Assembly (NCBI GenBank): GCA_022813865.1
Contig: JALDZX010000024.1
Coordinates: forward strand, 124,001-188,000
From: Xylographa opegraphella
Lineage: Eukaryota
Direction of reading: 5' to 3'
DNA length: 64,000 nucleotides
Shown here one piece after another: positions 38,074-51,200 of this stretch. The translations under genes were made by a program, and so were the position numbers. Position 1 is the stretch's first letter. Each line of letters opens with the position of its first letter. A model generated the notes under the pieces. That model saw only the letters and a list, made by a program, of their open reading frames with translations, made no database searches and was not told the origin of the DNA.

Positions 38074-41000
38074 ATGTCTCAAACACCAGGAAGCCATCTT
38101 TATACAAACGGACATTTGTCGCCACCTAGGGCGGACTACGAAAACGGTCCCAGGGCACCCAGCAGTGAGAGCGACTTATCCGAAGTTATCGATCCCCCCA
38201 AACCTACATCGCCATATCCTCAGGGGTCACACAAGAACTCTACAAATAGCTACCACAGTCCTGAAGATTCTCTCTCGTCACAGGATGAAGATGCAGTTGG
38301 TTCTGATGATGCAGACTACGAAATGGAATCTCCTCTCCCGCCTACAATACAAGTCACCAACGAGGCATTATCATCCTCCGATGATTCACGAAGACCGTCA
38401 AAACGAAAATCAGGAATTGAGGAAGACGAGCACATCATGAACAACCCGGAACTATATGGCATACGACGAAGCGTTAGTATCCACTTCCCAGACCTTCAAT
38501 GCTAGGCTTAACTCATTTTAAGGCTCGTGCTCGTCCATCGCATCGAATTGTACGCTCTTCTTGCTTCCCTTAACATTGAGCTCTCTGACAATGAACACGT
38601 AGATCGAGAGCGGATCGGAAGACGAAGCCTCGGATTCTGATATCCAGACCAATCCAAGAAAACGGAGGAAGCATACATCTCAACAAGGTAAGGGCTGGAT
38701 GTGCAGCCCCTAACGCGCGGCTTTTCTTGAACATATCACTGGAACGCCGGCTAACGTGACCTGAACAGCAACCTTCAAGCAGCCTTCACCATCAGCTAAG
38801 TCAGCTTCTGGCTCTGGATCCGAGTCCGATGTCTACGGAGCATCCCGTCGACGAACTACTAGCAAGAAACAACGCCGCCACTTAGTACAAGGGGGTAGTG
38901 ACTCTGGACCAGCACATGGTGAGGTGAGGTTCTCGACTCGAAAAGCGGCAAAGGTCTCGAATTACAACGAGGATGAAGAAGATATGTTTGAGGAAGACGA
39001 TGCTGAGATGCTAACGCCCAACTACTGGACAACGACGGCGGATGAAAATGTAGCAGCCATAGATGCCATTCTCAATCATCGAATGCGACAGGACATACGT
39101 ATGATATATTGTCTTAAAATTAGCGCATCTACTGACAATTTGTAGACAAGGACCTTGATAACCTCGGTAGGGATGACTTTGAATACTATGTAAGTTAACT
39201 CTTCATGACAAATCCTTATAGCACCTGATTATGCCACTGACTGTGGTCTACTGTAGGTCAAATGGCAAGGCAAAGCACACTATCACGCTACCTGGGAGAA
39301 TAATGCCACCCTAGCCTCGTGTCGTGGCGTTCGACGTCTGGAGAATTACTTCCGGAAGGTTGTTCTAGAAGACATCCGGATGACACATGATGAGGATGTT
39401 CCTCCAGAGGAGAAAGAGAAGTGGAGTCTTGATAGAGAACGAGATGCAGATGCATTGACGGACTACATGAAGGTTGAGAGAGTCATTAACACACGGGAGG
39501 GTGACGACGGTGATACCGAATATCTTGTCAAATGTAAATCATTCTCTTCGTGAATGTCGTCCGAGACACTTACCAGATATAGGGAAGGGGCTCTACTACG
39601 AGTCATGCACGTGGGAGCATGCATCCATGGTTAGCTCCATTGCACAGACAGAGATAGACCGGTATCTAGATCGGACATCCAAACTCCCTGCATCCGATAA
39701 GCACGAATCGAATCCGAACACTCGTAAGCCATTTGTTCGTTTCATCGATCAGCCATCTTACATCAAGAATGGGACACTACGAGAGTTCCAGATCCGTGGA
39801 CTCAACTTCCTTGCGTACAATTGGTGTAAAAGCAACAATGTCATCCTTGCGGACGAAATGGGTTTGGGAAAGACCGTACAAACCGTAGCCTTCATGAATT
39901 GGTTAAGGCATGATAGACAACAGCAAGGACCATTTATCGTTGTGGTTCCCCTCTCAACTATGCCATCATGGGCGGAGACGTTTGATAATTGGACGCCAGA
40001 TGTTAACTATGTTGTCTACAATGGCAATGAAGCTTCAAGGACTATCATCAAGGAGAATGAGCTGTTGGTCAACGGCAATGTTCAGAAAGCCAAATTCCAC
40101 GTTCTGCTCACCACTTACGAATACATTCTGGCCGATTCTTCTTTCCTTTCGCAGATCAAATGGCAATTTATGGCGATTGATGAAGCCCATCGACTGAAAA
40201 ATCGAGAGTCTCAATTATATGCCAAGCTCCTGGACTTTAAGGCTCCAAGTCGACTGCTGATTACTGGTACGCCAATGCAGAACACTCTCGGAGAACTATC
40301 TGCCTTGATGGACTTTTTGATGCCTGGCAAGATTAATATTGAAGATAATATGGATTTGCAATCAGAGGAAGCTGGTCGGAAGATTGCAGAACTCACAACT
40401 GCAATTCAACCTTATATGCTCCGCCGAACGAAGAACAAGGTCGAGAATGACCTACCACCGAAGACAGAGAAAATCATCCGTGTCGAACTCTCAGATGTTC
40501 AGCTAGAGTACTATAAAAACATCCTCACACGCAATTATGCGGCACTCAACCAAGGTGCAAAAGGTCAGAAGCAATCTCTTTTGAACATAATGATGGAGCT
40601 GAAGAAAGCTTCGAACCACCCGTTTATGTTCCCCAATGCAGAAGACCGCATTCTAGGAGGGAGTGAGAGGCGTGAGGATGTACTCAAGGGGTTGATTACA
40701 AGCAGTGGCAAAATGATGCTCCTTGATCAACTTCTTACCAAATTGAAAAAAGACAACCATCGTGTACTGATTTTCAGTCAAATGGTCAAGATGCTCGACA
40801 TTTTAAGTGATTATCTACGTCTGCGTGGTTACCAATTCCAACGCCTTGATGGAACCATAGCAGCCGGTCCTCGACGTATGGCTATTGACCACTTCAATGC
40901 CCCTGAAAGCAACGACTTCTGCTTCCTGTTGTCTACAAGAGCGGGGGGGCTTGGGATCAACCTCATGACGGCGGATACAGTGGTCTTATTTGATTCGGAT

Positions 41001-43127
41001 TGGAATCCTCAAGCTGATTTGCAAGCCATGGCTCGCGCCCACCGCATTGGACAAACGAAACCAGTCAGTATATATAGGCTAGTGTCAAAGGAGACCGTGG
41101 AAGAAGAGGTTCTTGAACGTGCTCGCAATAAGCTGATGCTAGAATTCATCACCATCCAGCGTGGCGTAACCGATAAAGATGCCAAGGAGATTACAGATAA
41201 AATGGCTCGCGTTGGGAAAAGCGTTGTTGAGCCTACTTCCTCTGAAGACATATCCCGTATTTTGAAGCGAAGAGGCCAGAAGATGTTCGAACAATCAGGT
41301 AACCAGAAGAAGCTTGAGGAACTCGACATTGATGCTGTTCTTGAGAATGCGGAGGAACACCAAACCGATCAACCGGAAGGAATTGCGGCTGATGGTGGGG
41401 AAGAGTTCTTGAAGAGCTTTGAATACATGGATGTCAAAATCGACCTCGAGTGGGATCAAATCATTCCCAGGGAACAGCTTGAAGATATCAAAGCTGAGGA
41501 GAAGCGAAAAGCCGATGAGAAATATCTTGCCGACGTAATCGAACAAAATGCACCTCGGAAGAGGAAGCAGGCTGATGAAGATCGTGAGGAGCGTGCAGCC
41601 AAGAAGCGGGCGAGAGATCTTGCCGCCATCGAAGCCGCTGCTGAAGAGTCCGATCAGCGTCCTGGCCAAGATCCTAGCAGGCCTATGACCGAGAGGGAAG
41701 TGCGCAATCTCATCCGTGGCTACCTTCGTTATGGTTCTCTCGATGACCGTGGTGACGAGCTTGTTCAAGAAGCTCGACTTGTCAACCGTGACCGCAATGT
41801 GCTTAAGAGTACTCTGGATGAAATTATCGCCATGGCAAGAAAATTATTGAAGGAGGAACAAGATCGAGTTGATGCTTTGGAGCGGGCCCAGAATAAAACT
41901 GTCACGAAAAAGGATCGCAAAGCTGTTCTGTTTGACTATCGTGGCGTCAAACGGGTCAACGCCGAGACCATCATCGAGCGGCCAGGAGAAATGCGAATGT
42001 TGAAAGAAGTCACTGAGCAGTCTCCAGATCCAAAAAATTTCCGGATTCCAGAAGCCTCAAAGGGTGCGACATATACAACCGATTGGGGTGCCCGAGAAGA
42101 TGGTATGCTCTGTGTTGGCATTGTCAGGCATGGCTACGGTGCTTGGGTACAAATCCGAGATGACCCAGATCTTGCTTTGGCAGATAAATTCTTTCTCGAA
42201 GAGCATCGTGTTGAAAAAAAGGAAGAGCGAAGTAAACAGGAAGGAAAGAGTGTCAATTCACCAGGCGCTGTTCACCTTGTCCGCCGTGCTGATTACTTGC
42301 TGTCGGTATTGAAAGAGAAGACAAGCAATGGGACCAATCTAGCTGCAAAGCGTGCCGTCGAAAACCACCACCGGAACAATAAGAAGAACACATTCCCGAA
42401 GCATTCCGAGGGTCGCGCTAGTGTTTCCGCTTCACCTGCTCCATCAACAATGCGGAAGGGGCATAGAGAATCCGAAAAGTATCGGCATCGTAATAGTACA
42501 GAACGTCGCTTTTCCAACGGAGAACGCAACGCAGGAACCTCGAATGCTGATGCTCGTCCCAAACTCGGAAGCGATAATAAGTCTGAGAACCGTCGTCAAC
42601 AAGCACAACACCAGCACCGCAAGAGCAACGACAACCTCAGCAACGGGGGTGCTGGTGGGGCCAAAAGTCATGCTTTGATGCGACTGGTGTTCAAGAACGT
42701 TGAAAAAAGCTTGATTTCTGTAAGAGGCGCCACAAAGGACAAGGTACCTGACAAGAAACAACGGGCCGATATCCTGAGGGTTGAACTTGTCAAAATTGGG
42801 GATTTCGTAAAGAATGTGATTGAAATTGACGCTGGCAATGCAGATGGTGCGACCTTGGAGGCTGATCTATGGTAAGTATCCTCGACTATGAATTACTCTA
42901 CATCGTAAACGTCTGACAATGGCAACAGGGATTTCGTCGCCACTTATTGGCCTCAGGGAAACACACCTGGTGACAAAGTGAGAAACATGTTTAGCAGGAT
43001 CAAGGCCGCAGAAGAAGCCCTGCTCAAAGATGCAAAAGATGCAACGGATGCAAAGGATGCACCGGCTGATATGGGACTGTCCAAAACCAATGGAGCGACG
43101 AACGGCGTTGAAGTGAACCAGGAATAG
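38074..43127 (+). CDS. CHD1: Chd1/Hrp3 chromodomain SNF2-family chromatin remodeller, ~8 exons
   Basis: Tandem chromodomains ([29 protein letters not shown]), [37 protein letters not shown]. Exact start uncertain. Confidence 0.96.
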
Positions 43128-43677
43128 GTGTGTTGTTTGGATTAATGACTTGACGCTGGCAGCATTCAGCGGACGGAGTTCATCGACGCTTGTGGCATCG
43201 ACGGCTATTGAGGTCCGCCAGAGGCCGTTTGTTTTATATATATAGAGGCGTCGCATTGGGACATCATTTTGCAAGGCGTTCGGATCGGAATACCTGATGG
43301 AGGTTTAAAATTGCTGCCCACAGCATGGCTTTGTAGGCAAGGCGGAATCTACGATGCGAAGAAAGGCATGACGCCACAGAGATGCATTGCGATTTCTACT
43401 GTACGATATAAGTGATAGATAAATTGAGAATCGATTTGCGTCTCTGTCAAAAAGACATGTCGTCCTGGGTATGGCCATGATACATTTCTGAGGACAATCT
43501 GATCGGATATCAACCGAGCCTACGTGATGACCACGACGATGGCGCCGATACGATACCGCGGAGACTCTTGAAGAATCACCACTTCCCAGGCCGAGCACTA
43601 TCGTCCGAAGCCCATCATCATTCGTCAACTCCGTCACTGTAGAGCAACGGTGCTCGCATCCTTTTCACCCCAACTCC

Positions 43678-44089
43678 CTAGTGGCTCTTTTTCCTCGCAT
43701 CAAACCAGCCATCGAAGAAGACGATGCCCAGAATCATGATGCACAGCATGGCCACCATGACGGTCGCAGCGACGATGCCACACATCCGCTTCTCATGCTG
43801 CCGCCTGTCCCTCGCGTCCTGGCGCTGATCGCACGCTTCGCAGTGGGCATGGCCCGTCCCGTTCAGGTCTCGCAGCGGCGTGTGCGATTCGGTAGGGCCG
43901 GAGGTTTCGGGGTCGTCGTCGAGGGGGACGGGTGCATACTGCGAACGGTTAGACGTTGTTGATGAGATATTGAGGGGGTGAGAACGGGGGACTTACGGCT
44001 GAGGTTGAGCCGGAGGGCGGGTGCTGGTTGACCGGGTGGTTGTGGTAGAGCTCTTCGTAAGCGGGTGCCGAGTCGGTGGCTTTGGCCAT
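43678..44089 (-). CDS. Small (117 aa) C-terminally anchored membrane protein with HxHCxxC motif, 2 exons
   Basis: ATG 44089, intron 43996-43939 (GTAAGT..CTAAC..CAG), in-frame join and TAG at 43678; one hydrophobic segment GIVAATVMVAMLCIMILGIVFF. Confidence 0.8.
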
Positions 44090-45270
44090 GTTGAGGGGGG
44101 TCGCAGTGGCTGCTCGAGGCCGGGGTTTGGGAAGTCAATAACAGATCAGATCACCCTCTGCGTGTGATGGTCTATTCGTTTAAGTCGATTGAGGGTTCGG
44201 CTTCCATACAAATAGAGGTTGAAGGGCAGGGCTGGGAGCTCAGCCGCAGCGCCCAAGGCTTGCATGACGCGGCCCGCAGGTATAGGTAAGGTATTCACGG
44301 GCTGGTCAATCAAGCCTCGCAATTGGTCGTTGTGTCTTGTGGTTTTCAACATGCACAGAATGCTCGTTCAGCGTTGTCGAACACGACGTCTCCAGCAACG
44401 CTTCTCAAGGCAAGATCGGGCTCGAAATAGTGGCTCGACTCTGCCTTCATTCTAGGATACCGTACTGCAGTTGAGTCGACTCTGCTATCTTCACAGTGGT
44501 CAGGGACGATTACTAGTGGATGAAATCGGAAGCCGGGTACTGGTTGTTGATGAATGCAGCCTGCTGGGGCTGTCACCAGCTTCGGGAATAACCTCATTTG
44601 AAGCGGAACCTTTGCTTTAGGGAGATATCTGCATCAGTAGCCACGCCTTGTAACGGAGGGGATCGACTCCCTCGAAACCGCCTAGCCTTTAGTGGCCGAT
44701 TAGGTGACTTGGAGGGGAACTCGGGGGCTTCGGTGGGGAAGGGCAGCAATACGTTGATGCGTGCATGCTGCATTCCTGCAACAACGCGATGGATACAGTC
44801 ACTTTGTGAAGGCGCCGTATGAATTCCTTAGGTCGCAAATGAAGTCGTTGACAATGCCATCATGAGTGATCGTGCCTCCCGGCTGTGTTCTGTGTCCTGT
44901 GCCCTGTGCCCTGTGCAATAATGATGAAGCAACGGTCCGTCGTTGGCCCTTATCGATATGCGATTGGGACTGCGCTTATTCGCTGGCCGAAGCAGCTTTC
45001 GCACACACACCAATGCACCGCAGGGGTTGCTTTGCGGCGAATCAAACCTCGTGACTACATTCTGCTCCCCTTACTCCGGCTCTCACCTCGATTTTTGTCC
45101 ATCTTGCTAGATAACACGATATCATTCCTCAAGTCACTTACTTGGGAGGTGTTGTTGCTCTTTCCTCTCTCTCGCCCCTGTTTCCTGTGCGGAAACATCG
45201 TTTGCCACTCTCACTGCAATTGCTTCGATGAGCTCATATCACACGTCGTCAGTCAGTAAACAGTGCCACA

Positions 45271-48200
45271 ATGGCAGCAACGCATGCCGAGTCACGCTTC
45301 GAAGACCTCCACGACAGCCGCGACCGAGAGACCTTCCAATCGATGACGGATTCGGATGACAATCGTGGGCACAACTCGGATCTTATTCCCATGAGCTTGG
45401 CGAGGCGGTGTGATAGCTTCTGCAGGAAGCGGGATGCCGGTTGCGCAGAGTCACCGCCAACCTCGAGCTGGGTAGGACGTTTACCTTTCTTTGCAAACCA
45501 CGTCCCTCCATTGTCTAGTTCTGCGCACCAAGATTCATCATGGATCGAGAGGTGCAGCACGCCAGCCTCTTCTACCGCCGCTAGTCCAATCAAGAGAAAC
45601 CTGTCTAACATGTTCAGCAACTGAATCCAGCGGCGTCGCTGTTGGGCAAGCATGCGTCGCGCATCGTCCTTGTCGAACTTGCAGAGCAGACTCCTCCACC
45701 ATACGGTACTCCTCCTCCAACGTATCTCGAAGCCACCCTCGACGAACCGCCAGACTATTCTAGTTCCGAAACCCTAGCGCAAGCCCGACCCCTCCTACAA
45801 GACGCCCCGCAGCCCATTCTTGTTGTTCACCCTACTCAACCGCACATAATCCTTGATCCCATTTGGTCTATGACGCCGCCCAAAGTTGACTTCGGAGACA
45901 CTTCCACTTTCACTTCCCATAAGGGCAAAAAAGCAAAGCAGGCTGAAAAGACTGCCAACAAGGCAAAGTGGGGAGGCTCTGATGACGAAGGGAATAACAA
46001 TGGGGATGGAGGTGAGCCTGCTGATGCGAATGGGGGAGATGGCGGAGCTGGAGGAGGAGATGCGGGCGGAGGCAATGGTGGCGGCGACGAGAAAGGAGAT
46101 GGAGGTGAGGATTGGGGAGAGGATTGGAATGGAGGTGGTGGTAAGAAAAAGAAGAAAGGGAAAAGGGGAAAGGGTGGCGCAGATGATGAAGAGGAGAAGC
46201 GGAAACAGGAGGAAGAAGCCAACCGGAAAGCCGAAGAGGAAGCCGCGACAGCCAATGCCGATGCTTCGTTGGGCTGGACGGAGGATGCATTTGCCAATGC
46301 AGACGACAATCATGGATATACGGCTGCCAAAGTGAAAAAGGGCAAGAAGGGAAAGGTGTGTATGCCCCAAGCCTGGTGTACCTTTGACGTACTAACTGTA
46401 TACTTAACAGAATGAAAGTAGCTCCGCGGCTGCAAATGCAACGAACACTAGTGCATTCGAGAACATAAATCTATTGGACGATGCGCCTAAGATTGAGCTA
46501 TCCTTTGGCGACATTGGTACGAAAGAACCAACTTCATCCGCTTTTGCCTTTGGAACTGGTGCATGGACAGGTGCATGGAGTGGTGGCGAGGGTGGTGGAG
46601 GGGGCGCGGCTTCGAAGCCGTCTACGGACTGGAGTTTCGCCGGAATCGACTCCACCAACACGGATGTAACAGATAGCAAGAACTCGAAGACAACAAAACC
46701 CACTTCTACCGCCTCAGAGAACCAACATTGGTCATTCGGTGGAAACAAGAGTAATAAGAAGAAGACGACAACTAGCGGATTCGATTTCGGGGATTTTGGC
46801 GCCCTGGATGAGGAAGAGGAACAGCCGCAGTCGGAAGATCCCGATGTCGCTGAGGATATTGTAGACGATACTTGGGGAGGTTTCACGTCTGTGAATAAGG
46901 ATAGTAAGAAAAAGAAGAAAGGCGGCGTTGATGATGGGCCTAAACCCGTCGAGCATGTGGTGGATACTTTGCCGAAAACAGCGGATGGAGGGGTCACTGA
47001 TGCTTCCTGGAACACAGGATGGGGGTCTGGAAAGAAGGATAAGAAGGCCAAGGGGGCAGATGAACCTTCAACAACGTCCCCACCGCCTACTGCATTGACC
47101 GAAACCGTGGCAGACGATGGATGGAGTTTCAATAAAACTACTAAGAAGAAAGGCAAGGGAACAGAAAACCCTCTTCCAGCACCCGCAGCTCCCGTTGAAG
47201 GCGTGACTGAGGATACCTGGCCTTCCTTTGGAACGAAAAAAGAAAAAGATAAGAAAAAGAATAGGAAATTTGGCATTGACGAGGTGTCCTCAGATCCTAT
47301 TGATGGGAAGTCTCCTGCGGTGGCGGTCGTTCCGGATACCACAGTTGACGATGAATTGGATAGCTTTGCGTCAAGGAAAGACAAAAAGAAAGCTAAGAAA
47401 AACGCGGTGACTGACTACTCTCCTTCTACCGAAGATCCATCAGCCACGATGGTGGTTGTTCCGGTAGTCGAAGCGGACACAGCCTGGGAAGGAGTTTCTA
47501 CTAAAAAGGATAAAAAGAGGGGCAAGAAAACTGCTCCAGAAATGACACCAACTAATGATTCTGCAATCGTCGTTGTACCTGAATCTAAGCCAAACGTAGA
47601 ACCGGCCTGGGCTGCTACAGTGTCACAAAAGAACAAGAAAAAAGGGAAAAAGGGTGCCGAGGAAGTTACGAAGGTTGAGGAATCCGCTGATTCCGTGCTT
47701 GAGACACTCCACGCGCCAAAAAATGATACCTGGAATAAATGGGACACGGGAGGATCCAAAACCGACAAGAAGAACAAGAACGACTTCTTTTCTCAGGACG
47801 AAGAGAACCAGACAGCGACGGCTGAGCCTACCACCGGATTTGAAGATGGCACTGCCGCCGTCGATGACAATTGGATGGATTCTGGATGGGGCTCGACCAA
47901 GAAGAAGGACAAGAAGAAGACTGGTGGCTCGAAAGAAGCAAAAGCTGAGGAAGCCTTGCCCCCACCCCCGCCCCCACCCCCGTCACCGCCACCTGTGACT
48001 ACCAGTTTTCTGGACACTTCGAAAGCTGACACATCACCGAAGAGTACTAAAGATAAAAAAGGGAAGAAGAGTAAGATTGCTGATCCTGGGCCTACAAATA
48101 CAGTTGTGGACGTACCAGACGTACACGAGACTGAGGCCGAACTTGTGGTCGAGGATTGGGGGGCAGATACATGGGCTGCACCTGTATCAAGTAAATCTAA

Positions 48201-51200
48201 AAATAAGAAGGACAAAACAGTGGTAGTGGCGGCGGAGAGGGAACAAGAGGAGAAGAGGTTAGAGGATGAGCGAATTAAAGAGGAGGCAACGTGGGCGGAA
48301 ACTGACAAGAAGAAACTCGGCAAGAAAGGTGCTTCCAGTAATTCCGCGGCTTCGAAAACGAAGGATCTGCTGCTTGGCTCAGTGGCAGACACAGCGCCAG
48401 CCGCTGAAGAGAATGCGTGGGCCCCCTGGGAAAGCAAATCAAAAAAGAAAGGCGCATCGAAGGCCATGGAGTTCGACGTCCCCCCTGCTGCCCCAACCCC
48501 CCCGGCTATGGGGTTGACACCGGAACCTGAGGACGTTGGTGGAGAAGATCTATACTCATTTCCAACTACAAAGTCTAAGGGTAAGAAAGAAACTAAGGCA
48601 ACTGGCGTGACACGCACAACATCTGCCTCGAAGGGCTTGGATGGGAAGAATTCCAAGGCGAGCGCCAAAGATTCTGCCGAGAAAGGGCTTGACTCGCTAT
48701 CTACCTTGGATGACTATTCTACCGAGAAGTCTGGCACCAAAACGGAGGTCGTAAAGGAAGATACGCCTGTGAAAGCAGGCAGAAGCTTCTGGGGGAGTAT
48801 TGGGGTAGGAACAACAACGTCTAAGTCCAAGAGCGCCAAAGAAAAAGAGAAAGAGGAGGCAAAAGCCAGGGAGGAAGAAAAAGCCAGGGAGGAAGAAAAA
48901 TCCAGGGAGGAGGAAAAAGCCAAGGAGGATGCCGATATTGACGCGCTGCTTGATCTTGTTGATGAGGAAGATGAACCGGAGAAACTCGAGGAGCCTATCA
49001 TTCCTCCACCGAAAAGCGCAAGCAAATCGAACAGCAAGCTTGCGCGGACGAATTCCAAAGGTAGTGACAAAGCAGGCAAAGTCGACAAGAAAAAGATCGA
49101 GAGCGAAGCGCTAGTGGATATCGTTGAGGAAACCAGCAAGGATGTGTACGATAGCCAAGCCAAGGCAGCAGTAACGAACGACAAGGAGGGCAAAGATGAT
49201 GGTTGGGGCTTCTTTGGGGCGACGAAGAAGACAGGTGTCAAGAAGGGAGATGAGTTGACCAAGGAGATTACCAAGGGAAATCTGACCAATCAGAAGGCTT
49301 CGCTAAACAAAGCCTCGAATGAGCCAGAAGCTGCCGTGGCTGACGAAGCAAATGAGACGAAGCAACCTTCAAAAACATCCAAGATGTCGGCAACGAAATC
49401 AGCATTACTGACGACTTCAAAAGCAGCGGGTGCCTCGAGTATCGCGGAGAAGATCAAGGCGTTTGAGAAGGACAAGGGCAAGAAACCGGAAGCGAAAGCG
49501 ACGCCACCTGCGCCGCCTGCAGCTCCTCAGCCACAGCCGAAGGACGACAAATCAAAACTTTCCAGAACTCTAACATCATCATCAAAGAAGAAGGATCTGT
49601 CTCCCACTACAACCAAAGACGACCCGCTCAAATCATCAAAGGATTCTGTACCGGGTAGTTTTCCATCTGAAGGCGCGGACGACGATATCATCGACATAGT
49701 AGATTTCTCACCGACAAACAAAAAGTCCAAGGGTAAGAGCGCGAAAGCAAAGACCGACTTTACTATGGATGCTATGATGGTAGAAGCTCCTGCTCCCCCC
49801 ACCAACCCACTTACTCCTCCGCCTGAACCTGTATCTAAAACAGCCAAGAAAGATCGCGCGCGCGTTGTCCGTGATGAAGGCGCGTCTTCTTGGGGCTTCT
49901 GGGGCTCTGCTACGAAGAAGGATGCCGTCAAGGAGAAGAGATCGAAGGATGATGCCGATGTCAACCCAACGTCTCCCAAGGACAAGTCTGTAGCACCAGG
50001 GCTGAGTAGATCTAAATCAACTAAAACCCCCAAGGAAAAAGAAAAGGAAGAAATCTCTCGATCTTCCGGCTCTGACAAGAGTAAGACCGCAGAGACGCGT
50101 CCCAGTGTAAGAACACGCGGCACAGGTCTTTCTTCACTTTTTGGAAGCGGAGCATCTCCTGCAAGAGCGAAGTCAACTCGAAGGGCTAGCAGTGCTGCCA
50201 TGCCCAAGAGCACTTCACGTCGAGAATCGATGATTGCGGGTGGATCAGGCATGCCGTCACCTCCATTGGATGACGTGCCAGAGATGAACTCTAAAGCTGC
50301 AAAGTTAATGGGCATGGGGTCGGAGAAGCTGTCACGTAACGCGTCTACTAAAGGGAAGCAGAAGGCTAGAGGTAGTTTAAAGTCCATGGCTCAGAAAGCC
50401 AAAAGGCTCCCTGCTGACGATGCGGTAGCTGTACCTGATCCTTATGCTATTGACGATGACGATATGGTCTTGGTGAATGGGTTGGAAGACCCTATCATCA
50501 ATGCACCGATAGCGAAGAAAGTCTCGTCCAAAGACTCCCCTAGAGACAAGCTCTCAAGAAGCAAGTCGAAGCGAGAGGTAAGCTCACAGCGTGTATATCC
50601 ACTACCCGCAGAAGATATAGCCGCGCGGAATCAGACCAGAGCTTTCATGGATAATCCTGACAATGTAACGAGAGCTAATGCTAAATCTCGCAAGCAGTCC
50701 AAACAAGCGCCTGACGACGACATTGTCATGGTCGAAGCTGGTCCATCTACCGACAGTCCAGAAGTTATCACTGGTCCAGATGATATTGCATTTGTCGAAA
50801 AGTCGCGTGAGCCACCACAATTAAAGCGATCTGCAACCAGCGCCAAGAAGTCCGATGGTCTTAAGGGATTGTTCGGAGTGTTCGGCAAGACTCGCCGAAT
50901 ATCTGATACGGCTGATCGTCCGAAGACCAAAGCTGTCTATGTCGATGAAGAGAGTACTTCACGACGTAAACGTACTGTAGCTGGAGGTGATGAGGATGCA
51001 AAACGTCCTCGCAGGGATGATCGAAAGAGCCGCCGATCTACTAGACCGGACAACGAGATCGATGGCGGTTTCGCAACTGATGTTGCACCGGCTGGTGGGG
51101 CTTGGACGGAGGCTGAAGACGCCGAAGCTCGTCGTGAAGCCAGGCGCGCTAGAAAAGCAGAGAAGGAGCAAGCTGAGAGAGCTGCAAGACGAGCCGAATT

